Source: the human T2T-CHM13v2.0 reference genome, Homo sapiens. Taken from it: a stretch of DNA of 64,000 bases. Position 1 is the first letter of the stretch, and every line of letters starts with the position of its first letter. The stretch lies in assembly GCF_009914755.1 (NCBI RefSeq), contig NC_060925.1, one strand, 5' to 3'. Below are positions 13,978-29,857 of this stretch, piece after piece. Under the pieces are notes generated by a model. The model was not told the DNA's origin. It saw nothing but the letters and a program-made list of their open reading frames with translations, and ran no database searches. The position numbers were made by a program, and so were the translations under genes.

Positions 13978-15226
13978 ATGGGCAACCTTCCACCCTCCAT
14001 TCCCCCATCTTCTCCCTTAGCCTGTGTTCTCAAAAACTTAAAACCTCTTCAACTCTCGCCTGACCTAAAACCTAAGCGTCTTATTTTCTTCTGCAACACC
14101 GCTTGGCCCCAATACAAACTCAATAATGGTTCTAAATAGCTAGAAAATGACACTTTTGATTTCTCCATTTTACAAGACCTGGATGATTTTTGTTGAAAAA
14201 TGGGCAAATGGGTCTGATGTGCCTGACATCCAGGCATTGTTTCATACACTGGTCCCTCCTTAGTCTCTGCTCCCAATGCGACTCATCCCAAATCTTTCTT
14301 CTTTCTCTGCGGTCTGTTCCTTCAGTCTCCACCCCAAGCTCTGAGTCCTTTGAATGCTCCTTTTCTACAGACCCATCTAACCTCTCCCCTCCTACCCAGG
14401 CTGCTCCTCACCAGGCTGAGCCAGGTCCCAATTCTTCCTCAGCCTCCGCTCCCCGATCCTATAATCCTTTTATCACCTCCCCTCCTCACACCTGGTCCAG
14501 CTTACAGTTACATTCCTCGACTAGCCCTCCCCCACCTGCCCAACAATTTCCTCTTAAAGAGGTGGCTGGAGCTGAAGGCATAGCCAAGGTAAATGCTCCT
14601 TTTTCCGACCTCTCCCAAATCAGGGTTTAGGCTCTTTTTCATCAAATATAAAAACTCAACCCAGTTCATGGCCCGTTTGGCAACAACCCTTAGACGGTTT
14701 ACTGCCCTAGACCCAGAAGGGCCAGAAGGCCGTCTTATTCTCAATATGCATTTTATTACCCAATCCACTGCCGACATTAGAAAAAGCTCCAAAAATTAGA
14801 TTCTGGCCCTCAAACCCCACAACGGGACCTAATTAACCTCACCTTCAAGGTGTACAATAATAGAGTAGAGGCAGCCAAGTAGCAAAGTATTTCTGAGTTG
14901 CAATTCTTTGCCTCCACCGTGAGACAAACCCCAGCCACATCTCCAGCACACAAGAACTCCAAATGCCTAAACTGCGGCGGCCAGGCATTCCTCCAGGACT
15001 GCCTGCCCCAGGATCTTGCTTCAAGTGCCAGAAATCTGGCCACCGGGCCAAGGAATGCCTGCAGCCTGGGATTCCTCCTATGCCATGTCCCATCTGTGCG
15101 GGACCCCACTGGAAATTGGAGTGTCCAACTTACCCGGCAGCCACTCCCAGAGCCCCTGGAACTCTGGCCCAAGGCTCTCTGACTGATTCCTTCCCAGATC
15201 TTCTTGACTTAGCAGCTGAAGACTGA
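13978..15226 (+). pseudogene. HERV-H gag remnant (stops and frameshifts)
   Basis: MGNLPPSIP...LIFFCNTAWPQY matrix start; two zinc knuckles [14 protein letters not shown] and [13 protein letters not shown]. Confidence 0.9.
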
Positions 15227-17810
15227 TGCTGCCCGATTGCCTTGGAAGCCCCCCTAGACCATCACAGATGCCGAGCTTCGGGAACTCTCACAGTGGAGGG
15301 TAAGTCCGACCCCTTCTTAGTCAATATGGAGGCTACTCACTCCACATTACCTTCTTTTCAAGGGCCTATTTCCTTTGCCTCCATAACTGTTGTGGGTATT
15401 GATGGCCAGGCTTCTAGACCCCTTAAAACTCCCCAACTCTGATGCCAACTTGGACAACATTCTTTTATGCGCTCCTTTTTAGTTATCCCCACCTGCCCAG
15501 CTCCCTTATTAGGCTGAGACATTTTAACTAAATTATCTGCTTCCCTGACTATTCCTAGCCTATAGCCTCACCTCATTTACACCCTTTTCCCCAGTTCAAC
15601 ACCTCCTTCGCCTCCTCCCCTTGTACCTCCCCACCTTAATCCACAAGTATAGGACACCTCTACTCCCTCCTTGGCGTCCAATTATGCACCTCTTACCATC
15701 CCATTAAAACCTAATCACCCTTACCCCACTCAATGCCAATATCCCATCCCACAGCATGCTTTAAAAGGATTAAAGCCTGTTATCACTTGCCTGTTACAGC
15801 ACGGCCTTTTACAGCCTATAAACTCTCCTTACAATTCCTCCATTTTACTTGTCCAAAAACCAGACAAGCCTTACAGGTTAGTTCAGGATTTGTGCCTTAT
15901 CAACCAAATTGTCTTGCCTATCCAACCTGTGATGCCAAAGCCATATACTCTCCTATCCTCAATACCTCCCTCCACAACCCATTATTCTGTTCTGGATCTC
16001 AAACATGTTGTCTTTACTATTTCTTTGCACCCTTCATCCCAGCCTCTCTTCACTTTTACTTGAACTGACCCTGACACCCATTAGGCTAAGCAAATTACCT
16101 GGGCTATACTGCCACAAGGCTTCACAGACAGCTCCCATTACTTCAGTCAAGCCGAAATTTCTTCCTCATCCGTTACCTATCTCGGCATAATTCTTCATGA
16201 AAACACACGTGCTCTCCCTGCTGATTGTGTCTGGCTCATCTCCCAAACCCAACCCCTTCTACAAAACAACAACTCCTTTCCTTCCTATGCATGGTTAGGT
16301 ACTTCCGCCTTTGGATACCTAGTTTTACCATCCTGACTAAACCATTATATAAACTCACAAAAGCAAACCTAGCTGAATCCATAGATCCTAAATCCTTTCC
16401 CCACTCCTCTTTCCATTCCTTAAAAACAGCCCTAGAAGCTGCTCCCACACTAGCTCTCCCTAACTCATCCCGACCCTTTTCATTACACACAGCCAAACTA
16501 CAGGGCTGTGCAGTCAAAATTCTTACACAAGAGCTGGGACCACACCCTGTAGCCTTTCCATCCAAACAACTTGACCTTACCTTTTTAGGCTAGCCTCTAC
16601 ATTATTCCTGATACCACACCTGACCCCCATGGCTGTATCTCTCTAATCCACCTGACATTCACTCCACTTCCCCATATTTCCTTCTTTCCTGGTCCTCACC
16701 CTGATCACACTTGGTTTATTGATGGCAGTTCCACCAGGCCTAATTGCCACTCACCAGCAAAAGCAGGCTATGCTATAGTATCTTCCACATCTATCATTGA
16801 GGCTACTGCTCTGCCTCCCTCCACTACCTCTCAGCAAGCCGAACTCATTGCCTTAACTCGAGCCCTCACTCTTGCAAAGGAATTACGTGTCAATATTTAT
16901 ACTGACTCCAAATATGCCTTCCATATCCTGCACCACCATGCTGTTATATGGGCTGAAAGAGGTTTCCTTACTACGCAAGGGTCCTCCATCATTAATGCCT
17001 CTTTAATGAAAACTCTTCTCAAGGCTGCCTTACTTCCAAAGAAAGCTGGAGTCATACACTGTAAGGGCCACCAAAAGGCATCAGATCCCATTGCTAGGGG
17101 CAGCACTTATGCTGATAAGGTAGCTAAAGAAGCAGTTAGCATTCCAACTTCTATCCCTCACGGCAGTTTTTCTCCTTCTCATCTGGTCACTCCCACCTAC
17201 TCTCCCACTGAAACTTCCACCTATCAATCTCTTCCCACACAAGCAAATGCTTCTTGGACCAAGGAAAATATCTCCTTCTTGCCTCACAGGCCCATTCTAT
17301 TCTATCGTCATTTCATAACCTCTTCCATGTAGGTTACAAGCCGCTAGCCCACCTCTTAGAACCTCTCATTTCCTTTCCATTGTGGAAATCTATCCTTAAG
17401 GAAATCACTTCTCAGTGTTCCATCTGCTATTCTACTACCCCTCAGGGATTGTTCAGGCCCCCTCCCTTCCCTACACATCAAGCTCGGGGATTTGCCACCC
17501 CCAGGACTGGCAAATTGACTTTATTCACATGCCCAAGTCAGGAAACTAAAATACCTCTTGATCTGGGTAGACACTTTCGCTGGATGTGTAGAGGCCTTTC
17601 CCACTGGGTCTGAGAAGGCCACCATGGTCATTTCTTCCCTTTTGTCAGACATAATTCCTCAGTTTGGCTTTCTCACCTCTATACAGTCCAATAACAGACC
17701 AGCCTTTACTAGTCAAATACCCAAGCAATTTCTCAGGCTCTTGGTATTCAGTGGAACTTTCATACCCCTGACCGTCCTCAATCTTCAGGAAAGATAAAAC
17801 AGACTAATGG
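15227..17810 (+). pseudogene. HERV-H pro-pol remnant, disrupted and internally deleted
   Basis: Protease FLVNMEATHS (catalytic DTGA lost); RT YRLVQDL, SVLDLK, LPQGF; RNase H WFIDGSS, AELIAL, YTDSKY; integrase HNLFH/CSIC, WQIDF. Confidence 0.9.
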
Positions 17811-17839
17811 TCTTTTCCCAAAAACTCACCAACCAAGTA

Positions 17840-18013
17840 AGTAATTACACTGGACCCCCTTGGGCACTCTCTAATTGGATGTCCTGGGTCCTCCCAATTC
17901 TTAGTCCTTTAATACCTATTTTTCTCCTTCTTTTATTCAGACCTTATATCTTCTGTTTAATTTCTCAATTCATCCAAAACTGTATCCAGGCCATCGCCAA
18001 TCATTCTATATGA
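17840..18013 (+). pseudogene. env transmembrane/cytoplasmic-tail remnant (rest of env deleted)
   Basis: WMSWVLPILSPLIPIFLLLLFRPYIFCLISQFIQ follows the truncated integrase directly. Confidence 0.8.
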
Positions 18014-18236
18014 AAAATGCTCCTTCTAATCACCCACAATATCACCCCTGACCACAAAATCTTCCTTCAACTTAATCTCTCCCACTCTAGGTTCCCACAC
18101 CACCCCTAATCCCGCTCGAAGCAGCCCTGAGAAACATCGCCCATTATCTCTCCATACCACCCCCAAAATTTTTCACCTCTCCAACACTTAACCACTATTT
18201 TGTTTTGCTTTTCTTATTAACATAAGAAGACAGGAA

Positions 18237-18951
<715 letters not shown>

Positions 18952-20769
18952 TTATTGTTCTGAGGATGAAATGAGTTATTACATATGGAAAGTGTTTTGT
19001 AAAATATTAACTATTTATACAAGGTATAAAGCAAGCAGCTCTTAATTGAACTCCTTGAAAGTAGCAATCATTTCTTAATCTCCTTTATGTTTGCAGTACT
19101 TTTCACAATACCTGACACAGCCATTTAATACTGGTTTATCTAATGAATTGTTCAATAAACATTGAGTTATCTGTTATCAATTTTCTAGATAACAAAAAAA
19201 TCTTTAAGAATCAAACTTTTTATTTTTAATTGTTTTATGGAAAATTTTTCAATTATGATTTTCATAATATCCTTGTCATTCTCAGATAATATGAAAATAT
19301 TTGGGATGAGAATATTTAGAGAAATCAAATAGTTTGGAGAAAACGGTCAAGACTGCATTCTGCATTTATAACAATATCTAAAGAAAATAGTAAAAGCCCC
19401 ATTAAGAAGAATCTTGGAGGGAGATGAAAGTATTTTCAGTAATTGAGGTGATTTTAAGCACATATGCAAAATAACCTTCACATTTCCAAAGAGAATCAAA
19501 GATGTGTGACAAGGCATTTAATAGTAGTTGCTATAGTAGCAAAAGAAATATTTGGTCTATCCATCAAAGTGCTGCCACCACACCCTACTATCTAGTTTTG
19601 GTGATTGTTTCTGATTATTTTATTTTATTTGAGGGTAAGATGGAGAGGGGACAAGAAGAATAAAATTTGAGTCCTGGGAGAGAATAAGACCAAGCAGCTA
19701 TATCTGAACCAATCTGTCCTCTGGGAAAAAAAAGAAAGAAAGTATAGATAGCTGCCCTGCAAACCAGCTTGAGGGCTCATTAAGGAAGTAAAAGAGTAAC
19801 AGATGACTCTTCCTTCTGGTACAGCTCACATGAAGAGATAATATTTAACATCCAGAAGCTGGTGGAGGGCTGAGGGTGGGGAAGCAAGCCAAAGCTGAAT
19901 ACACAAACAGCTATGTTTTCACAGAATAATAGACAAACAATATATAAACAATGTAAGCATCATGCAGGAATATGCAGAAAATGCAAAAGTATCCTCCACA
20001 GTTAAAATGCTTTACCCGATAGATTGTCAGTCCCTTGAGAATAGAGACTGTCTCAGTAGCCTCAGAGCCTACCACCACTCCTGGAACATGGCAGGTACTC
20101 AGTAAATGGTAGGAAGGTGTGAGGAGCTGCCAGCCACAACATAACTATCCAAAGCCCAAATCCAGACAATTTTAAGGGTTACTGCACCCACTTCTTTAGC
20201 TAAGTATACAAATGCTGAACATAATCTCATCTTCTTTATGACTAGTTCAGTATTGCCATTTTAGATATAAATTCTCTTCTGCCACAATGATGTCCTTCAA
20301 AATTCCTAAGGTGGGTAGGAGTAGTTTGCTTTTTCACTGCATTCCCCTAGGAATGCTCTTTCTGATTGTTGCAATTGGTGTTAACTTTTATCAACTTCAG
20401 AAATGTACTTTGGCCATTAATATATAATGTATATTGACCTACTCTATTCCAGGAAATGTATAAGATTTCTACATAAGTTATTTGCTCCAAAAGTCATGGA
20501 ATCATAGAATTTCGGAGCTGGAATGGGTCTTCGAGATAATCTAATCAAACCACTTTATTTACAAGTAAAAAAACCTGAGGTTAGGGGAGAGACTGGCCCA
20601 AGGTCACACTGCTGATTAGTGACAGGAGTAGCATTGGGATCTGGCTTTCCTGACTTCCTGTTCACTGCTCTTAATACCATGCTGTTTAGATCTCACTCCT
20701 CAGCAGTATCCATAATAGTGATAATATTTCACATTTTTATAGTGCTTCATAGGTTTCAAATCACTGTCA

Positions 20770-21135
<366 letters not shown>

Positions 21136-22321
21136 AGTAGGTAAATATGTAAATAAACAGTAGCACTTACTGGTTTTTTCTAACAAACCAGTCACTAAGT
21201 GCTTTTGCATGATTTCATTAATCCACCCAATAGTTCTATGACTAAGATACTATTATGTTTGCTCTTTTATAGATCAGGAATGTAGGCTTAAGGAAGCCAA
21301 GTAACTTGCCCAAGGCCACATAGCTGGGAAATGGAGCAGTTTAGAATCATCCTAATTGCCTGGTACCAGAGCCCCTACAACAGTATCCGGCTGCCTACTG
21401 TGCTTTCCCTGACAAATACCCCCAAGAGCAGACAAAGAAGGTATTATACAATATATTTTAAAGCAATGCTTTGCTTGCAGTTTTAAGCCTCATTTTATAG
21501 GAATTTTACAGTCATTCAAGCCTAGAAAATAGATTAATTCCCTGGAGGAGAGAATACAGAAAGCAGCCTCCAGGGATGCCTGTAGTTAAGGGACAAGAGC
21601 AGGAAGAGAAGCTAACACATAATTAGGGGTTGCTGCACTATTCCATATAGCCATAAGCTTGAAAATACACTTATTTCATTTAAATGTAAAGTATATTGTG
21701 CAAGATTAAAACTGTGATTATGTAAAGTTGTTTTCATATTCACACACTCACAAATATGATTTCAATGAAACAATGTGCTGACAGGGTTGCCTGGTTACCA
21801 GTCATCACTTAAGCAGGTACCAGCAGGCATTTGGGCTGCATTCCTGGCACCCAGATGGGCCAACTTGGAAGCAGTAGTGACCTGGGCAATGGCTGTTGTG
21901 GCCCTTAAAACCAACCACCAGGATTAGATGCAGGGAACTGTCTTCCACCTTGAACCATCATTATTAATTCAGTTGACAAATTCCCAAGCATTCTGGCAAC
22001 CTTATGAAGCTCTTCCATCTCCCACCTCCCCCAAAGGGAACAAATTATTCCCTTCCATATGTCACTCCAAAGAACTTTGTACCAACCTGTAGTAGCTTGC
22101 TAATCTCAATGTTCAGGTGGTATTTATCTATTTACCCCCACAGCTAAGCTGTGAGCATTGTAGATAATTCCAACGACAGCATAGCGAAGTGAAAATTTGG
22201 GCTTTGGATTAAGATGTAACTATGTTTGATTCCTGGGTTAGCTACTTACTCACTGTGACCTTGTTAAAGTTATCTAACTTCTCTGAGCCTCCATTTCCAC
22301 ATCTTTAAAAGAGGCATAATA

Positions 22322-22936
<615 letters not shown>

Positions 22937-24759
22937 GAAGCATAATAATTCCCACCTCAGGTAGTGGTCGTGAAAATTAAACAAAGTAAGCACGTTTGTG
23001 GCAGCACTCAATCAATAGCAGCTTTTGTTATGAAGACACTGTCCCTGCCCTTGAGCCTCTCACTGTTTAGTGGAGCGAAGTTCGCATAAGGAGGCATCTC
23101 AAATGCCTGTGATATGTTCTGTGATGAAGGGCTGCAAGAGGCGATATGGGAGCAGAGAGGAAGGTCAGCCTACCCCAGCCAGAGGACATCATTTCAGGAA
23201 AGCCTCAGAGAAGAAGAATGAAGAAGAATTACCCAGCCAGAGGGCACAGCTAAATGTGTCCCAGGCAAAGGAGTACACACGACAGAACATGGCATGGTCA
23301 AGGAATTGCAAGTGGTCATTTACAATTGAAGTTACGGTTTGAGCTGGAGAATGATGAGGGATGAGGCTGTTGTAGAAAGAGTATAGGTTTTGGAATTCCA
23401 GCAGTCAGGAATTCTAGCTTCTTCACTCTCCAATCACATATCCTCAACCAAGTGACTTCTTTCTGAGTCTCCGTTTCCCCATTTGTAAAATGATGGCGAT
23501 TATATGAACTAATGTATGTAAAGTGCCTGGCACAGAATATACATTGTTTAAATGATAACAAGTATTCTTTAACTGTGTTTATCTAGGATACATTTGGTGG
23601 TTGATCCATAGTATACACTCATTTTTATTGAATCAGTTGAAAGAGGAATGGGTGAATCATTCACTTACTGCATATTTTTTAGACACTCTCCATGTGCCAG
23701 TCACTGTTCTAGGCACTAGGGACACAGCAGCTAACAAAGCAGACAAAAGTCTCTGCCGCGGTGGGACTTACAGTTCGTGAATTGAGATGGGAAAGGGGAC
23801 GCAGGTGTCCGTGAGGGGACATTGTACATCATGGTCCCTGTGTCTTTATGGTTCTCTGATGAAAAGCTAATAACCTGACAAGGCAAAGTTCCCAAGAGGT
23901 CTGGATGTTAATTCCACTTCATAATAACAATGAGGAGGCTCTCGTCCTCCCCTTAATCGCTTCTCACTTATCAACCCCCAGCTTCCTGTTGTGATCCGGG
24001 GGAACTGGTGAGTTGTGTTGTTTGTCAGGAAGAAATGTCAAGGAGAGCTCAAGTAATTATTGGGCTCTAATGTTTAAAGCCATGGCAAGAGGAAATAGGA
24101 AAGCAGTGCATACAAAAAGGCTATGGAGAGGGAGATTTGCCTATCTCAGCAGCCAAGTGATAAGTGAGCTCAAATGCCTTGTGATGATGCATGGTTTCAT
24201 TTCAACAGCAGGATAATCATACTTCACATGTGTGTATCTCTTTAGAGAAAGGGTTCACCAAGGGGTTCACCAAGGGGATCTCATTTAATCCTCAGAACGA
24301 CTCTGTGAAGTAGGCATTCACCCCATTTAATCCCATCTCTGTCCTGTAGGTTAACTCCTCCCTCTCCACTGTGGCATATAATGATGCCCACGTTTCAGTC
24401 ATAAACAAAAACAACGAAAGGCTTCCTTCATTCCTTATCTCTGTCTAGCCATCATCTCCTCCTCACAGCCAAGTCCACCAAACATTAAGAATATGCTTGT
24501 TAGCTCCATTGGTCTCCTTCCATTTACTCATCCTATTGTGATCAACCCCCAAAGGCCAGTGAAATTGTTGTGACTTCCCATATGCTCAGTCCAAGGGATG
24601 CTCATCGGTCCCTATGATAGTTGGCTTCTTTAGCTTTCAAAGCCATTTTCTGCTCTTTCTCCTCCTGCTTCCCAGCCTGCTCCTTCTCAGTCTTGTCCTC
24701 AGCTTCTTCTCCTCTGCCACACTTTGATGCTGTCTATCGGGGCTCTTTCTACCACCCTT

Positions 24760-24762
<3 letters not shown>

Positions 24763-24802
<40 letters not shown>
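24763..24802. repeat. (TG)n microsatellite
   Basis: About 20 perfect units. Confidence 0.98.
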
Positions 24803-24804
<2 letters not shown>

Positions 24805-26182
24805 TCCATCTCTCCAAGTGAACAGGATTTCTTTAAAATCCTGCTCAGGCTTCCGATTTGTAAAACCCTCCCTAGCAGCAGTCCGACCACCTCTCACCTT
24901 CTCACTCTGCTGCCCCACCTTGAAAACATGTGCATTCCCCTTCCTCTTGCTTTCACAGTGGCTCTTTCCTAGCTTCAGTAAAGCTCACATCACATTGTGC
25001 TGTGACTGTTTGTGTGTATGCCTTCCTCAGGAGATTATGAAAAACTTCAGGGTCAAGACTGTGACTTCGCTATTTGTGTATTCTCAGTGCCTAGCTAGGT
25101 ACCTGGCATATGGTAGACACAGATTTACAAATGTTTGGTGAATTCTTAAGAGTCAAACCAAGAGCAATCAATAAAAAGTCAGGGCCTAAACCCCAGTCTT
25201 CTGACTTTAAAGGTGGTAGTCTCTCTACCTCAGCAGAGAAAAAAAGCAGTGTTGCAAGTATTTAATTATAAGTGCCTCAACCCCAGTGAATTCTATAAAT
25301 TAAGGAGCAAGGTGGAGGGAAGGATTTCCTTTTCCCCACAAATATTGCCCCAGCTACCAGGTGTGGAAGGATTGTTTGGCATCTGTAGCCTTCCTTTTGC
25401 ATACCCCAGGATAAAAGAAGAAAAAAAAAAAACACCCACCTCCCCTCTCTTCCTCCCAGTGGACAGCCGTCACCATCACTTCCTGTTAAGCTGGGAGGCA
25501 GGAAATATGTCCTAGCTCCTGAAACTCCCGATTTCCCTCAGGTTTCCTCACAGACCCAGGGGTGGAGAGTGTTTTAATAAGATGCCTTGTAGCCAGGCCT
25601 GCCCTGAATATGATCTCTACCATCCTGAAGTAATACTCCTGAAGAAACCTTCATAAAGTGGTCAAAGATACACCTGGAAAGAAGGAAATTTTGCCTTTAC
25701 CAGGAATAAACAAGCCTTCCAGGGAGAGGCTCTGAAATCAGACAGTGTGTGCATTCGGCAATTACAAGTTAAAGTTCCACCCAAATACACACAATCAAAG
25801 GCTTTAACCAAGGCCATCATTACTTGTGCAGGGCCCTCCTGCTGTTTGGGCAACATTTTAGTGCTGCAGTGAAGCAAGAGAAATGTCATCAAAGCGACGA
25901 GGTACGGATAGACCCATTCGGCAGTGCCTTTTTTTGACCTGATGATTCACTTCACCTTGTCGTTTATAATGCTGCAGGCTGGGAGGGAAAGAAGGAAATG
26001 AAGAGGAAAAGAGTGGGCTGTGTTGTGCATGTAATTTGTTTCACCATTTCAGACGGCTTTTTAATGAGCATTCTCATTAAGGGCTCTGTGAGTCTATGCT
26101 TAAAGTTTTCCGGACAAGCAAATAAGCAAGACTGAAATCAGATGGCATCAGCCCAGCACCTCATAGTTTGTTTCAAACCACA

Positions 26183-26214
<32 letters not shown>

Positions 26215-26788
26215 CAGTCACGGGGAATGGAGGAGATTAAAAAAACATTATGTGTGAGAACAGAGATTTGATAACTCTTTTGTCTTAAAACATTTGAAAA
26301 TTAATGATGTGGTCTTAACTAATCCCCATGAAAATTCCAACGTTCATCAAGTATTAGAATATTAGAGTGTGTCTGTGATAGCATTTCTCTATTCAGCTGG
26401 TTCCCATGGAGAGAGGTAATAATTGTCCTGTGCTATCCTAGCCCTGGGTTCATATTTCTGGTAGAGTACCCATCACACTGCATCAGATAATGTCCCCTCT
26501 AGACGCTGACCCCTGTATAGGCAGTCAGCCTTACCCAGTGCTCCTTTATACTTCTTGAGCCCAACACAGTGTCCAGACATATAGTAGACACTCAATAAAT
26601 GTAGTTTTGCCGTTTAAATGAATTCATTAGGTAAAATTAACACATGAACAAGTACATAAAAGACTTACACTTGAGTAGTAGACTTCACATCAGAGTAATT
26701 TATCACCTCGCAAGGTTCAACAAACATTTTAGTTTGTGAACAGCCCCTTAGTAAAGCGGCAGCCTTCATTTAAAATTATCAAGAGGGA

Positions 26789-27223
<435 letters not shown>

Positions 27224-28022
27224 TTATGAATGAGAAAGTGATGCAGTTGTTACCGTATTTATCTTTACAGTGAGTTTGTTAACAGAACATAAATACAGAC
27301 ACATGAAAGTGAATTCTCTCTGTTGCCTATGCTTGAACCAGTTGTCCAGCAATCCTTCCCTCTGTATGGTACAAAGAATGCCTCACTCTCTATGATTCCA
27401 GGGACTTCTAGAGATGATATACTTTAAAAGTCTGACATAGTGGTGGCCGTGGATGGTTTGCTTGATAAAAGCCAGGCACCTCCCCACCCTTGTTGCCAGG
27501 AAGGGTACAAAATGAGGAAAGTAGCGCTCTTCATTAGTGCTTTATTGGATTGGAGATAGGTATCAAAAGAGGGTGACACAATCCTCCCTAAAACATTCGC
27601 TCAGTGTTTCCATCCATTTTTTGCTGCTCAATATTCTTGTGTGTACTGGATTCATACCAGAGATGTAGACACTGTTTCTTCCCTCTCTCTCTCTCTCCTC
27701 TCTCTGTCTTTCTCATCCAAATCCATCCTTGAGTAGTAAGCAAGAAGTCAGTGATCCATCCCTAGGAGCAGAAGAATGGGCGTGGGTGTTCTCAGATTAT
27801 GTATCTGGAGAGTTTTTTTCTGATGAGCATCACCTAGTCAGTACTTCACAAAGTGTGATCTGAGGACTGTGTGCATCAGATCCCTGAAGATGCTGATTGA
27901 AGGGCTTGATCTCCCTGCTGGCTTGGCATTCTGGGAAGGAGCACTGACATCTACAGTTTTGTCAGGCTCCCCGGATGATCCTGCTTCCTGCCGAGGTTGG
28001 AGGGCCTCTGGCCCTGACTTCT

Positions 28023-28055
28023 GACCTGGTGGCGCCTTGGCTCACTAGAGGGCAC
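28023..28055 (+). promoter_or_regulatory. Tandem CTCF-like motifs
   Basis: GACCTGGTGGCGCC (28023-28036) and TCACTAGAGGGCAC (28042-28055) in unique sequence. Confidence 0.5.
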
Positions 28056-29698
28056 CATGGAACAATGTTTTTTCTGGCTGCGGGCTTCCTGTTCCTGCCA
28101 ACCCACCAGGGATGCGGTGCCCACATAGTTCTGGGCTACAGCTTCCAAGCCCATCCTGGAACCACAGTTTCCTTTAAGAAACTTAGTGCAGTTGCCACAT
28201 CACCAAACAGATCTAGTATTCATTTCCACAATGGCACTATAATAAATTCAATTTCTAAAGAAAAATTAGAGTTTAAGTTATCTCGTGTGTATTCATTAAA
28301 CACAAATTGTGTACTGCAAAAGCATTAGGTATCAACAGGATTAATAAAAGAAAACATCCTTCCTACTATCAAGAAAAACCTGGAAAAGATAAGACAAAAT
28401 TGTAAAATCATTTAAAAGCAATTATAATTAATAGTAATTTTCAAATGAACAGTAAAAAAAATTTTTTTTAAATTACAAAATCTGACGCAGACGTTTGCCA
28501 GTAAATGTACACACAGGGAGTGGCCCCTAAGCTGACTCGGATGACTGCAAACCAGGATTCCTGAGAAGGCATCGTGGAAAAGGTGGGATGAGAGAGGGCC
28601 TTGGAATAAAGTGAAAGGGAGAAGAGGAGGTCAGGGCAGCCTAATTACAACACATGTCTAATTCAGGGCCCTTCCTGTGTCTTAGCAGTGACTTAACTAA
28701 AATAAACATGTCGAATGTAAATCTGGGAAGTACCACTGGGCTTTCAATTGTCATATTGCACAGTAGCCATTTATTCAACAAATACTTGCAGAGCACTACT
28801 GTGTGCCAGCTACTGGGAGTACAACACTGGACAAGGCAAACGCTTAGTGCTGCCCTCATGTGTTTACAGTTCAGTTGGAGAGACAGGCCAGCAAGCACAA
28901 TGATTCCAGAGCAGTGTGTTACGTGGTAGGTAAAGCAGGAGGTTTGTGGGTGTTCACAGGAGAGAAGCCTAATCCAGAGCCAGGGTGGTAACAGAAGGCT
29001 TCCCTGGGGTAGAAATGTCCAATGAAAGGAAGGATGAGTTAGGAGCAGAGGGAGAAAGAGCATGTTTGAAGGCTGGGGGAGAGAAGAAACAGTATATTTG
29101 AGGAACTGAAAGAAAGGCAGTAGGGCTGGCCCTGTGGTAGTGGGGGTGTGCTGAACAGCATGGAGAGCTCGCGGTAGACTGGGGCCAGCTCATGAAGAGT
29201 CTTGTAAATCATAACTGGGCTACCTAGACATCATCCTCCGGTCACTGGGGAACCACTGAAGGGTTAAGAGCAGGGGAATGGTGGTTCCCTAATAAGATCT
29301 GCATTTTAGGAGGACCTGTCTATGCCAGGGTCAGTGCTACCTTGGAGTAGTAATAAACAAGCAAAGCCATAGGAATCAGTCTCTCTTTAACTGGACCTTT
29401 CCGGTTTCCTTCCTCCATCTCCATTTACCAGCTTCCCTTGAAATCCTTTCAAACTGAGGTCTGTTTTTAAGGTCTGCTTCCCATGCTGGATGGCAGAGGA
29501 AACAGGAATAGCTTAAAAATGTGACTATCACAAGCTGGACTGCCCTTCTCTGTGTCCCTTACAGTCCTTGAAAAGGGCCATCTCTAGTAAAGTGCAGAAG
29601 GAGGAAGAGCCACACTGGATTGAGAGGAAGAGTGGTGGTCCAAACCCCAGTTCCCAGGTTGGACACCCTTAGCACTTACCATCATTTAAAGGCAGTGC

Positions 29699-29857
29699 CT
29701 ATTGAATGTTCCCAACACAAAGAAGTGATAAATATTTGAGATGATGGAGATGCTAATTATCCTGATCTGATCACTATACATTATATGTATTGCAGCATTC
29801 CTATGTATCCTATAAACATACACAATTATTATGTGTCCATTTAAAAAATTAATTAAA
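29699..29857 (+). mobile_element. 5'-truncated L1MA 3' end
   Basis: GAATGTTCCCAACACAAAGAA...ACAATTATTATGTGTCCATTTAAAAA; TSD TAAAGGCA(G/A)TGC at 29687-29698 and 29858-29869. Confidence 0.85.

Noticed and set aside
13882-18013. HERV-H ORFs as functional Gag/Pol/Env
   Set aside because: Many stops and frameshifts, protease catalytic motif lost, no YxDD RT motif found, env almost fully deleted.
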